Assembly: GCA_951406725.2 (NCBI GenBank)
Contig: OX597824.1
Coordinates: forward strand, 12,152,001-12,216,000
Length of the DNA: 64,000 bases
Source of the DNA: Octopus vulgaris
Taxonomy: Eukaryota
Reading direction: 5' to 3'
Program-made: the position numbers and the translations under genes
Shown: positions 1 through 13,700 of the stretch, piece after piece
How the letters are laid out: each line of letters opens with the position of its first letter
Numbering within the stretch: position 1 is the first letter of the stretch
Notes under the pieces: generated by a model
Told to the model about the DNA's origin: nothing
Seen by the model: the letters and a program-made list of their open reading frames with translations, nothing else
Databases searched by the model: none

Positions 1-3000
1 TTAGGTTGGGTCAAGGACAAGATCGAAGACGGCCAGTTTTATTCCATTCCATTTTGTATTGATATCTGAAGATCTAATAATTTAACGTAATTTACACAGG
101 ATTTAAATAGGCTTTTTATTTTAATTGTTTTTCTTTCTTATGTGTAAGGACTTGAGAGGGTAAATTAAAGTTTTGAATTTTTTTGTTTCATTCCCAAGGC
201 CTTGATTTTAAATACGTAGACTAGGTTTTTATCTTTAACAATCTGGTTCTTAGTGTTAGTTTGTAAAATTTGCTGGTAGTTTCTCTTTGTTGGCCAACAC
301 TTTCACTCTGTTTTTTTCTGTATTTACCTCAATTTAATGGCAAAATAGTTTGTTTTGTAACTTGACTCAGTTCCGTTAATCACAGCACTTTATGCATATC
401 TTTTAGTATAAAGTATGTATTGTGGTGCACATAGAACATTGTAGAAAGGGACATAATTCGGTCGGACATGATTACACATGATACATTCCCTTTTGAAGTT
501 TTTTCTTACACCCCAACATTTATATAACTAACTACACTACACTGTACATATATACTTGCATACATACATACATATGATCGACGGTTTTTTCAGTTTCCCC
601 TCTACCTAATTTCGCTCAAAGGTATTTTTCAACTTGAATATATGGTAGATGTGTGCCTAGAGTGCTGCAGAGTAGGATATTGAACCAGGAACCATTGGTT
701 GTAAAGTAAACGTCTTAATCAGGTTGCTATGCTTGTCTCTTTATGTTAGTTGTTTCATAGTTTCAGTTGCCTTTTTTTGTTTTTTTTTTGTTTTAAGTCA
801 ACCATAACTACCTCATTGTGAGTTTGTTAATGAAATTACAGTCTTTATTCAGTCTCTTTAATGAAATATACAAATTACTTCGTGTTTGTGTTTGATTACA
901 TATTTTTTTACTAGGCCTGAACTCTTAATCTTTAAATTTTCATTGCTTTTCTTTGCTTAGTAGATGTTGCTTGGTTTTTCAATCTCCTTGCTTTGAATAG
1001 CTGAAATTTTATTAGGTAAGAAAACTTCTCTGATTGAAATGTGTTCTTCCAACTATGAGTAAACTATTTCAGTGTTAAACATTTTACATGTTTGTATAGA
1101 CCATTGTGCTTGCTGCTGTAGTGCTTTGAACATTGGTACAGGTGGGGCAGGGGTTAATTCTGTGGTTATTATTGAATTGCTACATCTGACTAGTCATCAC
1201 TCCTCTTAGTCCATCTTCAATGGTTTTGGCTTACCTCAGTTTCCACTTTGTACATCTTTAGTACCTAACTTACCCATTTGTGTGTAGAATGATCCAATGA
1301 TCCACTAAGAGATTTCAAATACCACAGAACCTTCAGAACCATTTACTTCAAGTTGCTCAGTGGATCTTTCTGTAAATGGCTTTTGTATAACCAATTTTCA
1401 CCCTCAACCTTTGCATTCCTTCTTAGCCATCACTGGTTCACTCAGTGATTTAACCTTTGCATAGGATCTGAAGTAAGAATTCAATACAGTCGCTCATGTT
1501 GACCTAGTTGTCATATAAATTAGCATTAGTTTTAGTGTTTTAAGCCAAATTTCCTAGAATTGTGCATTGTTGGGTAATATAGAGAATGACCAAGCTGTAA
1601 TCATTCTTGAAAACTTATTTTTATAATCTGCTTAGTTGAAATTTCTGAAATATAATTTTGGATGAGGTTGATTTGAAGAGAAATAGTTCTGTAGACATGT
1701 TTGACTGTGGCTAATATTTGAGACAAATTGGGTTTAAAATGGTACTAAGTGTTGTGGTCAGTATATTTATAATAAATAATACAGAAAAAAAAATGTATTG
1801 ATTTATCTGTGGGAGAAGTAGTAATACTAGCAGGCTGATCTCTGGTTCAAAACATACACAACACTACATATACACTTACATAATTCAGACTATCACATGG
1901 TTATCTGAATATCTTTTGTTTGGAAGAGTGTCAGCATATGATTACTTTAGTTTATCACAAGATGAGTTCGAACTGTCTGCTTTTCAAGTCTTAGGCCAGC
2001 AGTCTATAGGGGAATGTATTTTTACTTTTATAAACCTTATGCTAAATATGACTTTAGGGAAAATAACTATCATTTTTTTAACAGCAGGAATGGTAGCTTC
2101 CAGTTGTCTTTGAATCCATAATATTTAATCATAATATTAATAAAAAAGAAAAAAATGTGTAGAAGATATTGAGCATGTGTCCATGAAATTTGTAAAGTCT
2201 TCATCAATTTATATGACCTTGTCCCCATTTTTCTTTCAGCCATATTTGTTTTCTACTCAGTGACACTGGCATATTTGCAAATAAGCATTTGCCAAGTGTC
2301 AATACTTTTCTACACATAATTGCTAATGTCATCTCTTCTGCACATGTTGATCATTTGCAAAAAGCATCATCAAAAACCATACTTCAAAAATGTAAAGTCT
2401 TTACAATCAGATAAATGAAAAATAAAATTTTAAATATAAATAGAATTTTTTTTTTCTTCCCCTGAAAACAAAAGTAAGCTTGAAAGCCTTACTGATGGTG
2501 GTTTCAGTAATCAAAGGTACATTGTACATTGCATCACAGTCTAACGAGAATGACTGTTTATTAATTGGATTGAATGTAATTGTTTATGATGTCAGTAACT
2601 GTAATTTGCAAATATGTTATGTTCCTGTCTGTTGCAGAGTGCTGTACCGTGATTGCTGCCACAGTATTGATTAGTAAGATTATAAAGGTAATTACATGTC
2701 TCTCTCTGTCTCTCTTCTAAAAGAGGGAAAAAATGTTACTGTAGCTGAACAACTGTGTTGTTGTACTTGAGAACTTCAGCAATCTTGAAGGAAATTATGA
2801 CCTATCAAACCTAAAAGTAAGAAAGGTCAGTATTATTGAGCGAGATTGCAGCTAAAATGTTATTCAAAATTTGGAAATTCTCTAAATAGATAGGTCAATG
2901 AATGTGAAGTTAAGGAGAATCTGTTTATTTATTATATAGGGAAAAACATCTCACGGACATCCGAGAAAAATGTACATGACATTCATATATTTCTGAAGGT

Positions 3001-5248
3001 TGTAAGTAGAATTAGATGAAATGTCCGAGTAGTGCCTCTTTGTCTTCCTTCTAGTTTCTTCTGATTCTTTGGAAAAAGACTAATTTTTACCTATGTTTGT
3101 AGGTTGAGTCTTGGTCAATTTTGATATTGTGGAAGCTTGACTGAAGTGGAGCCTAAAAGTTATGTGTTGCATCTATTGCAAGGCATTCTGGTGTAGACCA
3201 GGTGTCATTGGGCAACACTCATGGAAGTATTTAAAATTTGTATTGCAGTCATCTCAGCTCTTATCAATTAAGACTTAATATAGAGCTGTACAGCTGTTTA
3301 CAGATGAGTTTTCTCTTCTAGTGACACAGGTGGAAATTATTGGAATATTGGTTTTGTCATATTTTGTGAAAATCTCAGAAGAATCTGATATAAGAAAACA
3401 CTTCATTGGTAGGGTTTTTTTTTTTTCTTTTTGAACGTATAGAGGTGTTTATTACTCTTAATCTTAGTATGGAACATGATATAAAAATCACCTTATATCC
3501 AATAATTCCTGCAATGTTTGATGTGGAGAATGGATTTACCAACTTAATCGTCATTTTTCACTTGTTGAAAATTTGTGACTGATTGTATAAAGAATTCATC
3601 ACAGATGGTTTCGTTTGAGACGGGTCTGCTTCAGAATTTTTTAGTTAAAAGTTCTGTTTGTGTCCATAATCACCATTTTGTTGAAAATAAATTGACTATG
3701 ATTACATAATTTTGTCTATGCCACCAGCAGTGTAGACCTTTTCTTCACTAAGTGGGCACAATAATACAGTTAAAAGATGTGGTTGTTAGAAAAATTGTGG
3801 GCAGTAATTCAAGTGTAGAAAAATCAGATCCTTCACATTTTAACCTTAATAGAAGCGAGGTTGACATATTTTGTGTTTACAAAGTCAATTGACTGTTGTA
3901 AAAAAAAAATGTATTATACGAGTCTTTCTAGTTAGCATAGATATTGCTACGTTGGTGAAAAATAAGCATACTTTTTAACTGGAAATAACATTCCATAGAG
4001 AATAAGAAAAGATTTCATCAAGACAGAATTCATAAGTATTTATGATATCGCTTAACCCTGTTTAATTATATAAAAGCAGTAAATCTGCTTTCAATACTTC
4101 TTGTGATGAACTTAACGTACATGCACTCAAGTATTAGTAGTTACTACAAGAAATGAAAGCAGTTTTACTGTCTCTAATTGACAAACAATTTCCCAAAGAA
4201 ATGCTACAGGTTGCCATTGCTACATTAACAGCCTAAACAAAAATTTGTAGAGAATTTAGAAACCTGCCATTCCTAACAGAAGCAGTCTTCTAGGGTAGAG
4301 GAACTGTTCAACATTTAATAAATTTTATTTTCATTGAATCCAGCCAATTTCTCATATAAAGCACTTGGGCTGAAGCATGGGTTGCCTTCATCATGTCTAT
4401 ACAAGCTCTTAAACGAGGCCTGTCTTATTTCTCAACTGTCCCTCATGCAAAACTAAGAAAGGTAGATGTGAGTTTTTTGTCAAGGAAGGCAACTTTCAAG
4501 TAAAATCAATATTAAAAAAAATTTCATTTTGAGTTGGGGACATTTGAACAATAACCGTAATACTGAATTTGATGGCTGCAATAGTATCTTAATTATCTTC
4601 TCTCATAAAGGAAAATTGAAGAAAAGCACGAGTACAATCAATTGTCGGTACCACTGAAACACTTTGTTGTTTGAGAGATGTCTGCCATCTGTAGTCTCAG
4701 TCAGGTGAACATAGGTGTTGGCCACCAGTGGCAGTGTTTGATTGAGGTAATAGAAACTGTTTAGTTAGTTTCCATGTCGTTTCACTGTTGTACAAATAAC
4801 CTAACAGGAACCAGATGCCAGCAATTAGGGCTGAGTTATGACCTTGACTTATGTCTGTGCATATTAGTTGTAATTGAAAGTGGTTGGTTGTTGAGAAAAA
4901 ATGTTGATTCAAAGTACCTGAGCAATGTCATTTATGATGGTAAAAGGAACATCAGCTCAAAAAATTCAATGCTCTAAGATTCTTGTATGATGGGTGTGGC
5001 TTCTGGTTCTCCTATATAACGATCTCTCATCCTAATGTAAGTACAAGTATCAGAAGAGGAAGAACTTTGACAAAATGTGTTAAGTCGTGGAACAGCGTAA
5101 CAAATGTACCCAAAGGACTTTGGCATGCTAATAATCTCATGCAATTTCTGACCCACAGGTGTACATCTTGATTAATTCCAGGTTGTTTATATCTTGAAAT
5201 CATCGATTTTTGAGTTTGTGTAGTATGTTTAAAAACTTCAACAGTATA

Positions 5249-5608
5249 GGCGTAGGAGTGGCTGTGTGGTAAGTAGCTTGTTTACCAACCACATGGTTCT
5301 GAGTTCAGTCCCACTGCGTGGCACCTTGGGCAAGTGTCTTCCACTATAGCCTTGGGCCGACGAAAGCTTTGTGAGTGGATTTGGTGGACGGAAACTGAAA
5401 GAAGCCCATAGTATATATATGTGTATATATATATACATGTTTGTGTGTCTGTGTTTGTCCTTTACAACCGATGCTGGTGTGTTTACGTCCCTGTAACTTA
5501 GCGGTTTAGCAAAAGAGACTGATAGAATAAGTCCTGAGGTTGATTTGCTCGACTAAAGGCAGTGCTCCAGCATGGCCACAGTCAAATGACTGAAACAAAT
5601 AGAAGAGA
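5249..5608 (+). mobile_element. tRNA-derived SINE, family A
   Basis: Head GGCGTAGGAGTGGCTGTGTGGTAAG with a B-box-like GAGTTCAGTCC, an internal (TA)/(TG) tract and tail CTCCAGCATGGCC..GTCAAATGACTGAAACAA. Multiple copies in the window. Confidence 0.85.
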
Positions 5609-6058
5609 GTCAAGAGATGTACATGGTAATCTATGTAATGTATCACACCTTTATCAATGAGACAAGTTCCTCATTGGCCATTCATGTGAGATCAATACAT
5701 GAGGTAGTGTAGAGCACCAGGTTGTGAAAATGCATCAGCCTCGGTATTGTTCTCATCCATGATTTATCAAATATCCAAAGTAAGTTGAGATAATCCAAGT
5801 CCCACAGTTCCCTAAGAACTGTTGGTCTGGTTTGACTTGTATGGATTGTAAATTTCCTGCCTTGCAAGTAGTGTAGAAAATGTTCTGCAAACCAGTTGCA
5901 TATCTAGAGTGTGTCATGCTCTCTACACAGGCTTATACTACAAACCCCACAAAGTACCCCTCCTCCAGCTATGCTACTACTACAAACAAGTATGTAACTA
6001 GTTATTTTTAGCCAATTTCATTACATCCTATTTCAATAGGCTTTGCCTCCTATAAATC

Positions 6059-6410
6059 AAAATCGATTAACATCAATGGAAATTGTAGCTGTGATACCAG
6101 TGCCAGTGGCATGTAAGGGAACCATCCGAACGTGGCCGTTGCCAGTGCCGCCCCTACTGGCCTCCGTGCCGGTGGCACGTAAAAAGCACCATCTGATTGT
6201 GGCCGTTACCAGCCTCGTCTGGCCCCCGTGCCAGTGGCACGTAATAAGCACCCACTACACTCTCAGAGTGGTTGGCATTAGGAAGGGCATCCAGCTGTAG
6301 AAACACTGCCAGATCAGACTGGGCCTGGTGCAGCCTTCTGGCTTCCCAGACCCCAGTTGAATCGTCCAACCCATGCTAGCATGGAAAACGGACGTTAAAC
6401 GATGATGATG
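6059..6410 (+). mobile_element. SINE/LINE-tail element with (ATG)n tail, family B
   Basis: Internal GTGGCACGTAAAAAGCACC repeats, ending CCAACCCATGCTAGCATGGAAAACGGACGTTAAACGATGATGATG. At least 8 related copies in the window. Confidence 0.8.
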
Positions 6411-6419
6411 AAAACAAGA

Positions 6420-6778
6420 GGCGTAGGAGTGGCTGTGTGGTAAGTAGCTTGCTAACCAACCACACGGTTCCGGGTTCAGTCCCATTGCGTGGCATCTTGG
6501 GCAAGTGTCTTCTACTATAGCCCCGGGCCGACCAATGCCTTGTGAGTGGATTTGGTAGACGGAAGCTGAAAGAAGCCTGTCGTATATATGTGTGTGTTTG
6601 TGTGTCTGTGTTTGTCCTCCTGGTGTGTTTACATTCCCGTCACTTAGCGGTTCGGCAAAAGAGACCGATAGAATAAGTACTGGGCTTACAAAGAATAAGT
6701 CCCGGGGTCGATTTGCTCGACTAAAAGGCGGTGCTCCAGCATGGCCGCAGTCAAACAACTGAAACAAGTAAAAGAGAG
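6420..6778 (+). mobile_element. SINE family A, full length
   Basis: Same head, body and tail as 5249-5608. Confidence 0.85.
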
Positions 6779-7218
6779 ATATGTGAGAGATCCTCTGAGA
6801 GCTGTGTCAACATTTGAAGCTTCTTTGAGATTGCTCTTGATGTGACTGACGGCAGTTTCACACACACACACCCCATGAAAAAGAATTTCATGAATACTTG
6901 AGATGCTTCTGAAATCAGTCTGTGAGTGGAGTTACTGTGGCTGATATTTATCATCATTTTAACATCCATTTTTCCATGCTCACATGGAGTTTGCAGGAGC
7001 AGGTTTTCTACTGCTGGATTCCCTTTCTTCCAATAGCTCTCAACTGTTTCCAAGCAAGGTAATATTTCCAATGGCCAGATGTGTCTTTCATGAGACAGTG
7101 CTGTATGATGGTAAATCTCTTTTGTAATTATCATGCTGTGTCAAGACCAGGAGACATCAACTCACACCATATATATATGCGTGTGTGTGTGTATATATAT
7201 ATACACACACATAAACAC

Positions 7219-7541
7219 CCACTGCGTGGCACCTTGGGCAAGTGTCTTCTACTATAGCCTCGGGTCAACCAAAGCCTTGTGAGTGGATTTGGTAGACGGA
7301 AACTGAAAGAAGCCCATCGTATATATGTATATATATATATATATTTGTGTCTGTTTGTCCCCATCCAACATCGCTTGACAACCGATGCTGGTGTGTTTGC
7401 ATCCCTGTAACTTAGCTGTTCGGCAAAAGAGACTGATAGAATAAGTACTGGGCTTACAAAGAATAAGTCCTGGGGTCGATTTGCTCGACTAAAGGTGGTG
7501 CTCCAGCATGGCCACAGTCAAATGACTGAAACAAGTAAAAA
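7219..7541 (+). mobile_element. SINE family A, 5'-truncated
   Basis: Body and tail match family A. Confidence 0.8.
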
Positions 7542-8879
7542 GGATCTGGTAAATAATAGACCATGCTTCACTGATGAGTTCTAATAAACCCAGAACCTGA
7601 CTGGAGTTGTCACCGTAAGGCTAAAATCAAACATCTCCACATTGCACCTTTTTCAATTTAATTTCTGGGATTGTCACTTTTATATTTTTACCAAAATCAG
7701 TCATGATGATTCTTTCTCTCCAATAAGTGTAATTTAAATTAAAATTTCTTGGATTGCTACAACCACTATGTTGATGCCTTCTTTACCATATATCACGTTT
7801 TGGGACATGATAGCTCAGCCAAGTAAGAAGGTACTTAAGAGAAAATGTTTCCTGAGCTTGGCATTTCTCAGTTTTTCTGGTGTTCTTGAAGGAATTTGTC
7901 CAGGTATCATTTAAAAGTTGCAGGGTCTTTTTATTCTTTTATTTATTTATCTACAGCAATGAGTAAATACTATTCGAGGTAAAAGTGTGAGCTCAATTTT
8001 TGTAGTGGCGATTCTTAAACTTGGGGTCAGTATTGATTGGGCAATGTCCATGCAAAATTTTCCACTTTTTACCAATGAACCACTCAGCTGAAATGCTCAC
8101 AATTCTGGCATTCACAGAGTTCAGCTGGAAATCCAAGCTTGTTTTCTCATGAATTGTCTTTTGTTTGAATATATTTTGAAATATATAAAACAAAATGCTT
8201 ATCTTTATATTTGAAAAAATTAAAAGGCAAAAAAAAAAAAAAAAAAACCCCTTTCAAGTGACATGTGCAAAAGGGACTTTCTAGTTCATGTTTTTCATTT
8301 TACTTTTAGCTCCTGTGGGAATACTCCAAGTGACTTAAATTTCAAACAAGCAAGGTTACTCAATGAACTATTGTTACGAAATTGTGTTATTTGTATATAT
8401 GTGCTTTTAAGAACTAATATATCTAGGAAGTTCTTTCATCAAGATTGCCATAGATTGCCATTTCCTGCCAGGGCAAAAATATAGTAGAAACTATCCTAAT
8501 TTTGTCAGTATCAAAGGACAAAGACCAGATATTGTCCTATGGTCAAAATCAGGTGCTTAGAATCATCTTGATTGAACAGACAGTCTGTTAGGGGAACTGA
8601 GCTGATGAACAACATTAATTCAAGACGAGGGAGTACAATGACTTTGTGAAAGAACAAATAAAAGAGGAGTACTGTTGCACAGTAAAAGCAGGCTGGAAGT
8701 TGGCACAAGGGGGTTTGTCACAGCGTCCATGTGTTAACTACTTGGCCAATTCAGCAATTCAGAATCTAGAGTCACGAAAGAATAGCAATGATGGTGAACC
8801 TGTCGGACAACTGTGACATGCTCAATGTGGTTGTGGGTGAAAAGAAATGATAGATGGAACTGAAAAAAAAATATGTATT

Positions 8880-9076
8880 TCTTTACTACCCACAAGGGGC
8901 TGAACACAGGTCGATTACATCGACCCCAGTGCGTAACTGGTACTTAATTCATCGACTCCGAAAGGATGAAAGGCAAAGTTGACCTCGGTGGAATTTGAAC
9001 TCGGAACGTAACAACAGACGAAATACGGCTACGCATTTCGGCCAGCATGCTAACGTTTCTGCCAGCTCGCCGCCTA
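8880..9076 (-). mobile_element. tRNA-derived SINE, family C (Nin-domain-like core)
   Basis: Minus strand reads GGCGGCGAGCTGGCAGAAACGTTAGC...GAGTTCAAATTCC...GCCTTTCATCCTTTCGGAGTCGAT. Several copies in the window. Confidence 0.8.
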
Positions 9077-9421
9077 AGAAAGCCGTTCAACACAGGAGGA
9101 AGGAAACTCAGTTTGAAAGAGTGCAAATTCATTCAGTGATCTTTGTGGTCGTGCAATAAGCTTGCTCAAAGGTTCTGAGTTCAAGAACCACTAAAAATGA
9201 CATTTAAATAACGTGAGGAAGACACTTGGGAGTCACTATCGAGGTAGGCCCAGCTCCCCTAAAGTATCAGGAACAAATGGGCCAAAACACTTGTTTGGTG
9301 AGAGTTCTTTCTCAAAATTTCTCTTGCTCACCTGTAGCAAGTTTCCACTTAACTATTGTAAGATATTAAAATAGAAATGTGTTAAGGTTTGTTATTCAGC
9401 TTGTAAGAATTTTGGTTGTGA

Positions 9422-9797
9422 TCTCTATATAAAGCTGAAGTTGTCTGTGTATGGTGGGTTTGGTAGCCTTCAACTAACACTATCTCCTCCGAGACCCTGC
9501 AGCGCAAGTTGACCAAAATTGAGATAGAAGAAGGCTTGCTCTTCCTTCCGTAGAAGAAAAAATTAAAATCGGACCATGTTAACACCAAAAATTATTTACA
9601 TCAAAAAGGTGCTTTTTTTTCTATGAAAATCCCTATTTTTTATGATTTTTTGACTGCTGTGTTGCCATTTTTCAGTGTATTTCAACCAGAGAAATGTTCA
9701 CTTAAAGAGAATAACAGGCTACATAATGCAAAATTTTCAAAAATTCCAATTCTAAAGGGTCGAAACAAACCCGAGCAATGCCGGGTGATACTGCTAG
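9422..9797 (+). mobile_element. Non-autonomous Helitron
   Basis: Starts A|TC and ends CTAG|T, with subterminal hairpin CCCGAGCAATGCCGGG. Near-identical copy at 18018-18418. Confidence 0.8.
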
Positions 9798-9990
9798 TAA
9801 TGCTTTAAAGCTGAATGAAAAGATAGGCTAATAGCTGTTCCATAACTCTAGAATTTATCAGAATTGCCCATTAGATGGTAGCTGTTTGGCAAAATTGATA
9901 ATATATAGCAATGAAGTAGAAACGGAGATGAACCTAAAATATATATTGGAGCAACTGAACTAACACTAAAAACAACAGAAAAAAAATGAT

Positions 9991-10582
9991 TTAACCCTTT
10001 AGCATCATCATTTAGCGTCCGTTTTCCATGCTAGCATGGGTTGGACGGTTCTACTGGGGTCTGTGAAGCCAGAAGGCTTCATCGGGCCTAGTCAAATCTG
10101 GCAGTGTTTCTATGGCTGGATGCCCTTCCTAACGCCAACCACTCCGAGAGTGTAGTGGGTGCTTTTTACGTGCCACCCGCACAGGTGCCAGACAGAGCTG
10201 GCAAACGGCCACGAACGGATGGTGCTTTTTATGTGCCACCGGCACAAGGGCTAGGCGAGGCTGGCAACGGACACGAAATGGGGCGGTGCTGGCAACGGTC
10301 GCGAAACGGAAGGTTCTCTTACATGCCACCGGCGCTGGTAACATGTCTGCAATTTCCATTGATCGATGTTCAAATTAATATGTCAGAAGTAATCCTTATT
10401 CATTTACATTTAAAAAAATTAATCTGGTATTATCTTGTAGCTTCAAGATTTGAAATATGTAATTGTTTATTTTTAGAATGACATTGCAGGGTGGGTGTGA
10501 GATACTTGTTCTGGCCAGTTTGAGCATGAAATGAGTAGAATATTTGGGCCGGACATAGCCGGTTTAAACACTAAAGGGTTAA
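9991..10582. mobile_element. TTAA/piggyBac-type MITE (family P1) interrupted by a family B SINE (10004-10367, minus)
   Basis: Termini TTAACCCTTTAG ... CTAAAGGGTTAA. Related copies at 21287-21506 and 59574-59818. Confidence 0.75.
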
Positions 10583-10734
10583 TAAGCATAAGTATTCATT
10601 TTTCAGCCCTGATAAATAATGTGCAACTGTTTTGTTAAAATTCATATGGTTCTTGCAAGAGATAAATACCCACAAATTCGGAACTGTTTCTATAAATTGA
10701 AATGAAGTCACTAAAACAATGAATAGTTAATAAC

Positions 10735-13700
10735 TTTATTCATGTAATAATCAAAACAATAATTGTAAATAATTTTATTGCATAAAAAAAAAATTCAAAC
10801 AATTGTAATAATTAAATGACACGCAATAAAATGTATTGTAGTATTGTATATGTGTGAATTTATACATACATATATATATACACACACAATATGCATACAC
10901 AATACAAAAAATTACATAGGGTTTATAAAAACAAAGAAAGCACTTAAAATAATATACCTTAATTAGCAAGAAGCCTTAGACAGGTTGAGTTGAGTGTCTT
11001 GCTTAAGGAAACAATGCAGTAATGCCTGCAGTAGGATTTGAACTTGCAACACACAGTGATCTTGAGTTCACAACCTTCAACAACCTGACTACTGCATCTC
11101 ATGATTGTGAAATAATTGAGCATTTATAAAAGTTTCAACAAAAAGTTGTAGGCAGGTGAGTTAGTGCTGTAATTAAAATTACTATTGTGGTAAGTCTAGT
11201 GCTTGGTGTTTTATATGCATTTGTTTCAATGGCTGTATCAGAATTTGAAATTATTAAAAGTTGAAATAAGTGCATCTACCAGTTGTAGCGATGTCTTTAT
11301 TTTGTTTGTTACTTTCACTACATCTCAGCTATTGTATGCTCCAGCCTTCTATAAGTGTCTGCACTGCAATTAACCAATGCCTTTATCCACTATGCTATTC
11401 CCGTAGGCCAGTATCAGAGTGAATTTTTAAGGCTTTTTAATCGACATTGATGTCTGATGTTGGCTCCATACAAAAGTGCATCTATAATTGAATGTTCTCC
11501 CTTGTGGCTGATCAGGTAGTTATAAATGAAGCCTGTGTGGGTAATATGCTTCCATGGGCTAAACTGATGACTTTACTATCAGTGATCCAATATCATTCGA
11601 AGGAAACTTAAGTCCCTCATTGATAATTCTTTCTATGAGATTCTTTAAAATTCAATAATCAAAAAAAAATTGTTTCTAAAAAAAGAAATAAAATTTTTTT
11701 GTTGAAATTCAGACTTTTTTTCAGGGTTCTACACTGAATGCTACAAAGTCTTTAGGTTGACTATACAGATCTGAGATACAATATTCTGCTCTTTTTTTTT
11801 CTCTTGATACCCTTTTTCCTTTTCATGATGCTTAAACAATTGGAAATGCAAATGAGACAGAAAGTATAAGAATGCTTGACATTTCATCAGATGCCAGTTT
11901 ATTTTCATGAGTGTATAGTTTGTTATGTGTTTTATCTTGAGACAAACTCTTCAGTTTCAAGTGTAGGGTATATAAAGATTATTCCAATAATAGATGCATG
12001 ATATATGTCCGTAATACTATTACTTCGTATATGCATATATATATTATGAATGTGTGTGTATAATTTATTGGCTTCTAAGTAACTTGTGTATAACAGATTA
12101 TGTTATATTAACTATTATCCACAAATTGTGTGTAATTATATGTATGTCAATGATAATATGAAGTTTTTAATGTTTTAATATTAATGTTCCAAGAAAATTA
12201 ACTAGAGAGAACAAAAAGGACTCAATAATAATAATAATGTGTTATAAAGATAAAATTATAATTTAGAAACAGTTATTAACTGTAACTAAAGTTAATGAAA
12301 CTATTGCTATTAATTAACTGTGATATAACGAGTCATTGTATTTGAATATGTGATAAAATAAGCAGTTTAAAGATATCAACAGCTTTTTTTAGTTAAATGG
12401 GAGAAAAAAAATACAACTGAGCTATAGAAAATATCTCTAAAGAAAAATGGGTGGGGAAATAATTTTTCTGTTTTTTTTTGTCTTTTTTTGTGTGTATGGC
12501 GACATATATTTTACAGCAGTCTTTGCCATTAAAAATTAAAAGAAAAATATATTTTTTTTATAGAAGTGTGCAATCAAAAAAATATTTGGAAATATTTCAT
12601 GATATCAAAACACCTTTCCTGTGTTTCATTTTAAATGCTAAATAAAATAATAAAATGGGGGCCGGGGAAGTATACGAGAAAACAAGTTAAAAACTGATCT
12701 AAGAAAAAAAGAGAGAAACAAACATACAATAAAATTATATGTATCCCATACATATTATATATATATGTATATATATATATATAATATTTAAAATTAAATA
12801 ACAATATAAATCCAAGAGGAGCAGTTTGAAAACAAATGATAAAGAGAAAAATATATTGTTAATATTTGTTTTTTTGGGACAAGTTAATAATATGCATAAC
12901 CTTTTTAAATAATGTTATTAGATTAAAATAACCAGTAGCAACAGATTGAAAAATAGTCTGAGGGACAATAAGATTAGTATAACAATGATTAAAACACATA
13001 AATCGCTTTATACTGAAATGTGAAAACAGCTACAGACAAGCAGTTTAGACAAGCCTTATGTATACTACTGAATCTTTGTAGTTTTAATAATATTAATAAT
13101 AATGATACAAGTAATAATAGTAATAACAATAATAATAATAATTATTATTATTATAATATTGATGATAGTTTCATGCAGAAGTTAAGAAGTAAATAGCGTA
13201 TAAAATTCTTGTATGATAAGGCACTTGAAGAAGTAAGTTTTGGAAAAGCCTTGATAAGTCTTCCTAAATGGCAGGATACTAGAGAGTGGATTTTTATACA
13301 AAGAAACCAAAATTTAGAGTAACATTCTTGAGAAATTTGGATGGAATACTCTTGGGTTGAGTAAAACAGATGCAATCATATTAGTTTTAATAGAAACAGT
13401 TAATTAGAGAAATTTAGGCTGTCTGTAACTTAAATTAAGAGTAATGGTAAAAATATTAAGTAGGAAGTCAGCTTTTATACTTATATATATACATATATAT
13501 ATATTATATTATATATATAATCCATGATGAATCATAAAAGAAAATCATCATTTAATTCCTCCATAGAACTGTTTGAGAACTTTAGTTAAATTAAGTAGTT
13601 TGCACTTTATACTTCACATTTGTTATAAGGTTTAACATCTTTAGACCTCATTTTGTTCATGTTTCCTAATGAAACACAAGAAATAGAGGAAATGGAAGTA

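Larger units (their letters stand above)
4450..8850 (-). mobile_element. Highly decayed Ty3/Gypsy pol remnant (RT, RNase H, integrase) interrupted by SINEs
   Basis: Minus-strand peptide fragments occur in Gypsy order: LDFQLNSVNARIVS..HCPI (RT, ~8000-8150), CETAVSHIKSNL (~6820-6870), GRKFTIHT..DLDY..NTEADAFS (RNase H, ~5720-5870), PGINQDVHLWVRNC..SPLGTF..DRY..PEATPI (integrase, ~4990-5200) and LKVAFLD (~4480). Many stops and frameshifts; boundaries are approximate. Confidence 0.7.

Noticed and set aside
1-4400. Possible second gene or LINE remnant in the first 4.4 kb
   Set aside because: I could not identify a convincing exon chain or protein motif by eye; needs BLASTX and RNA-seq.
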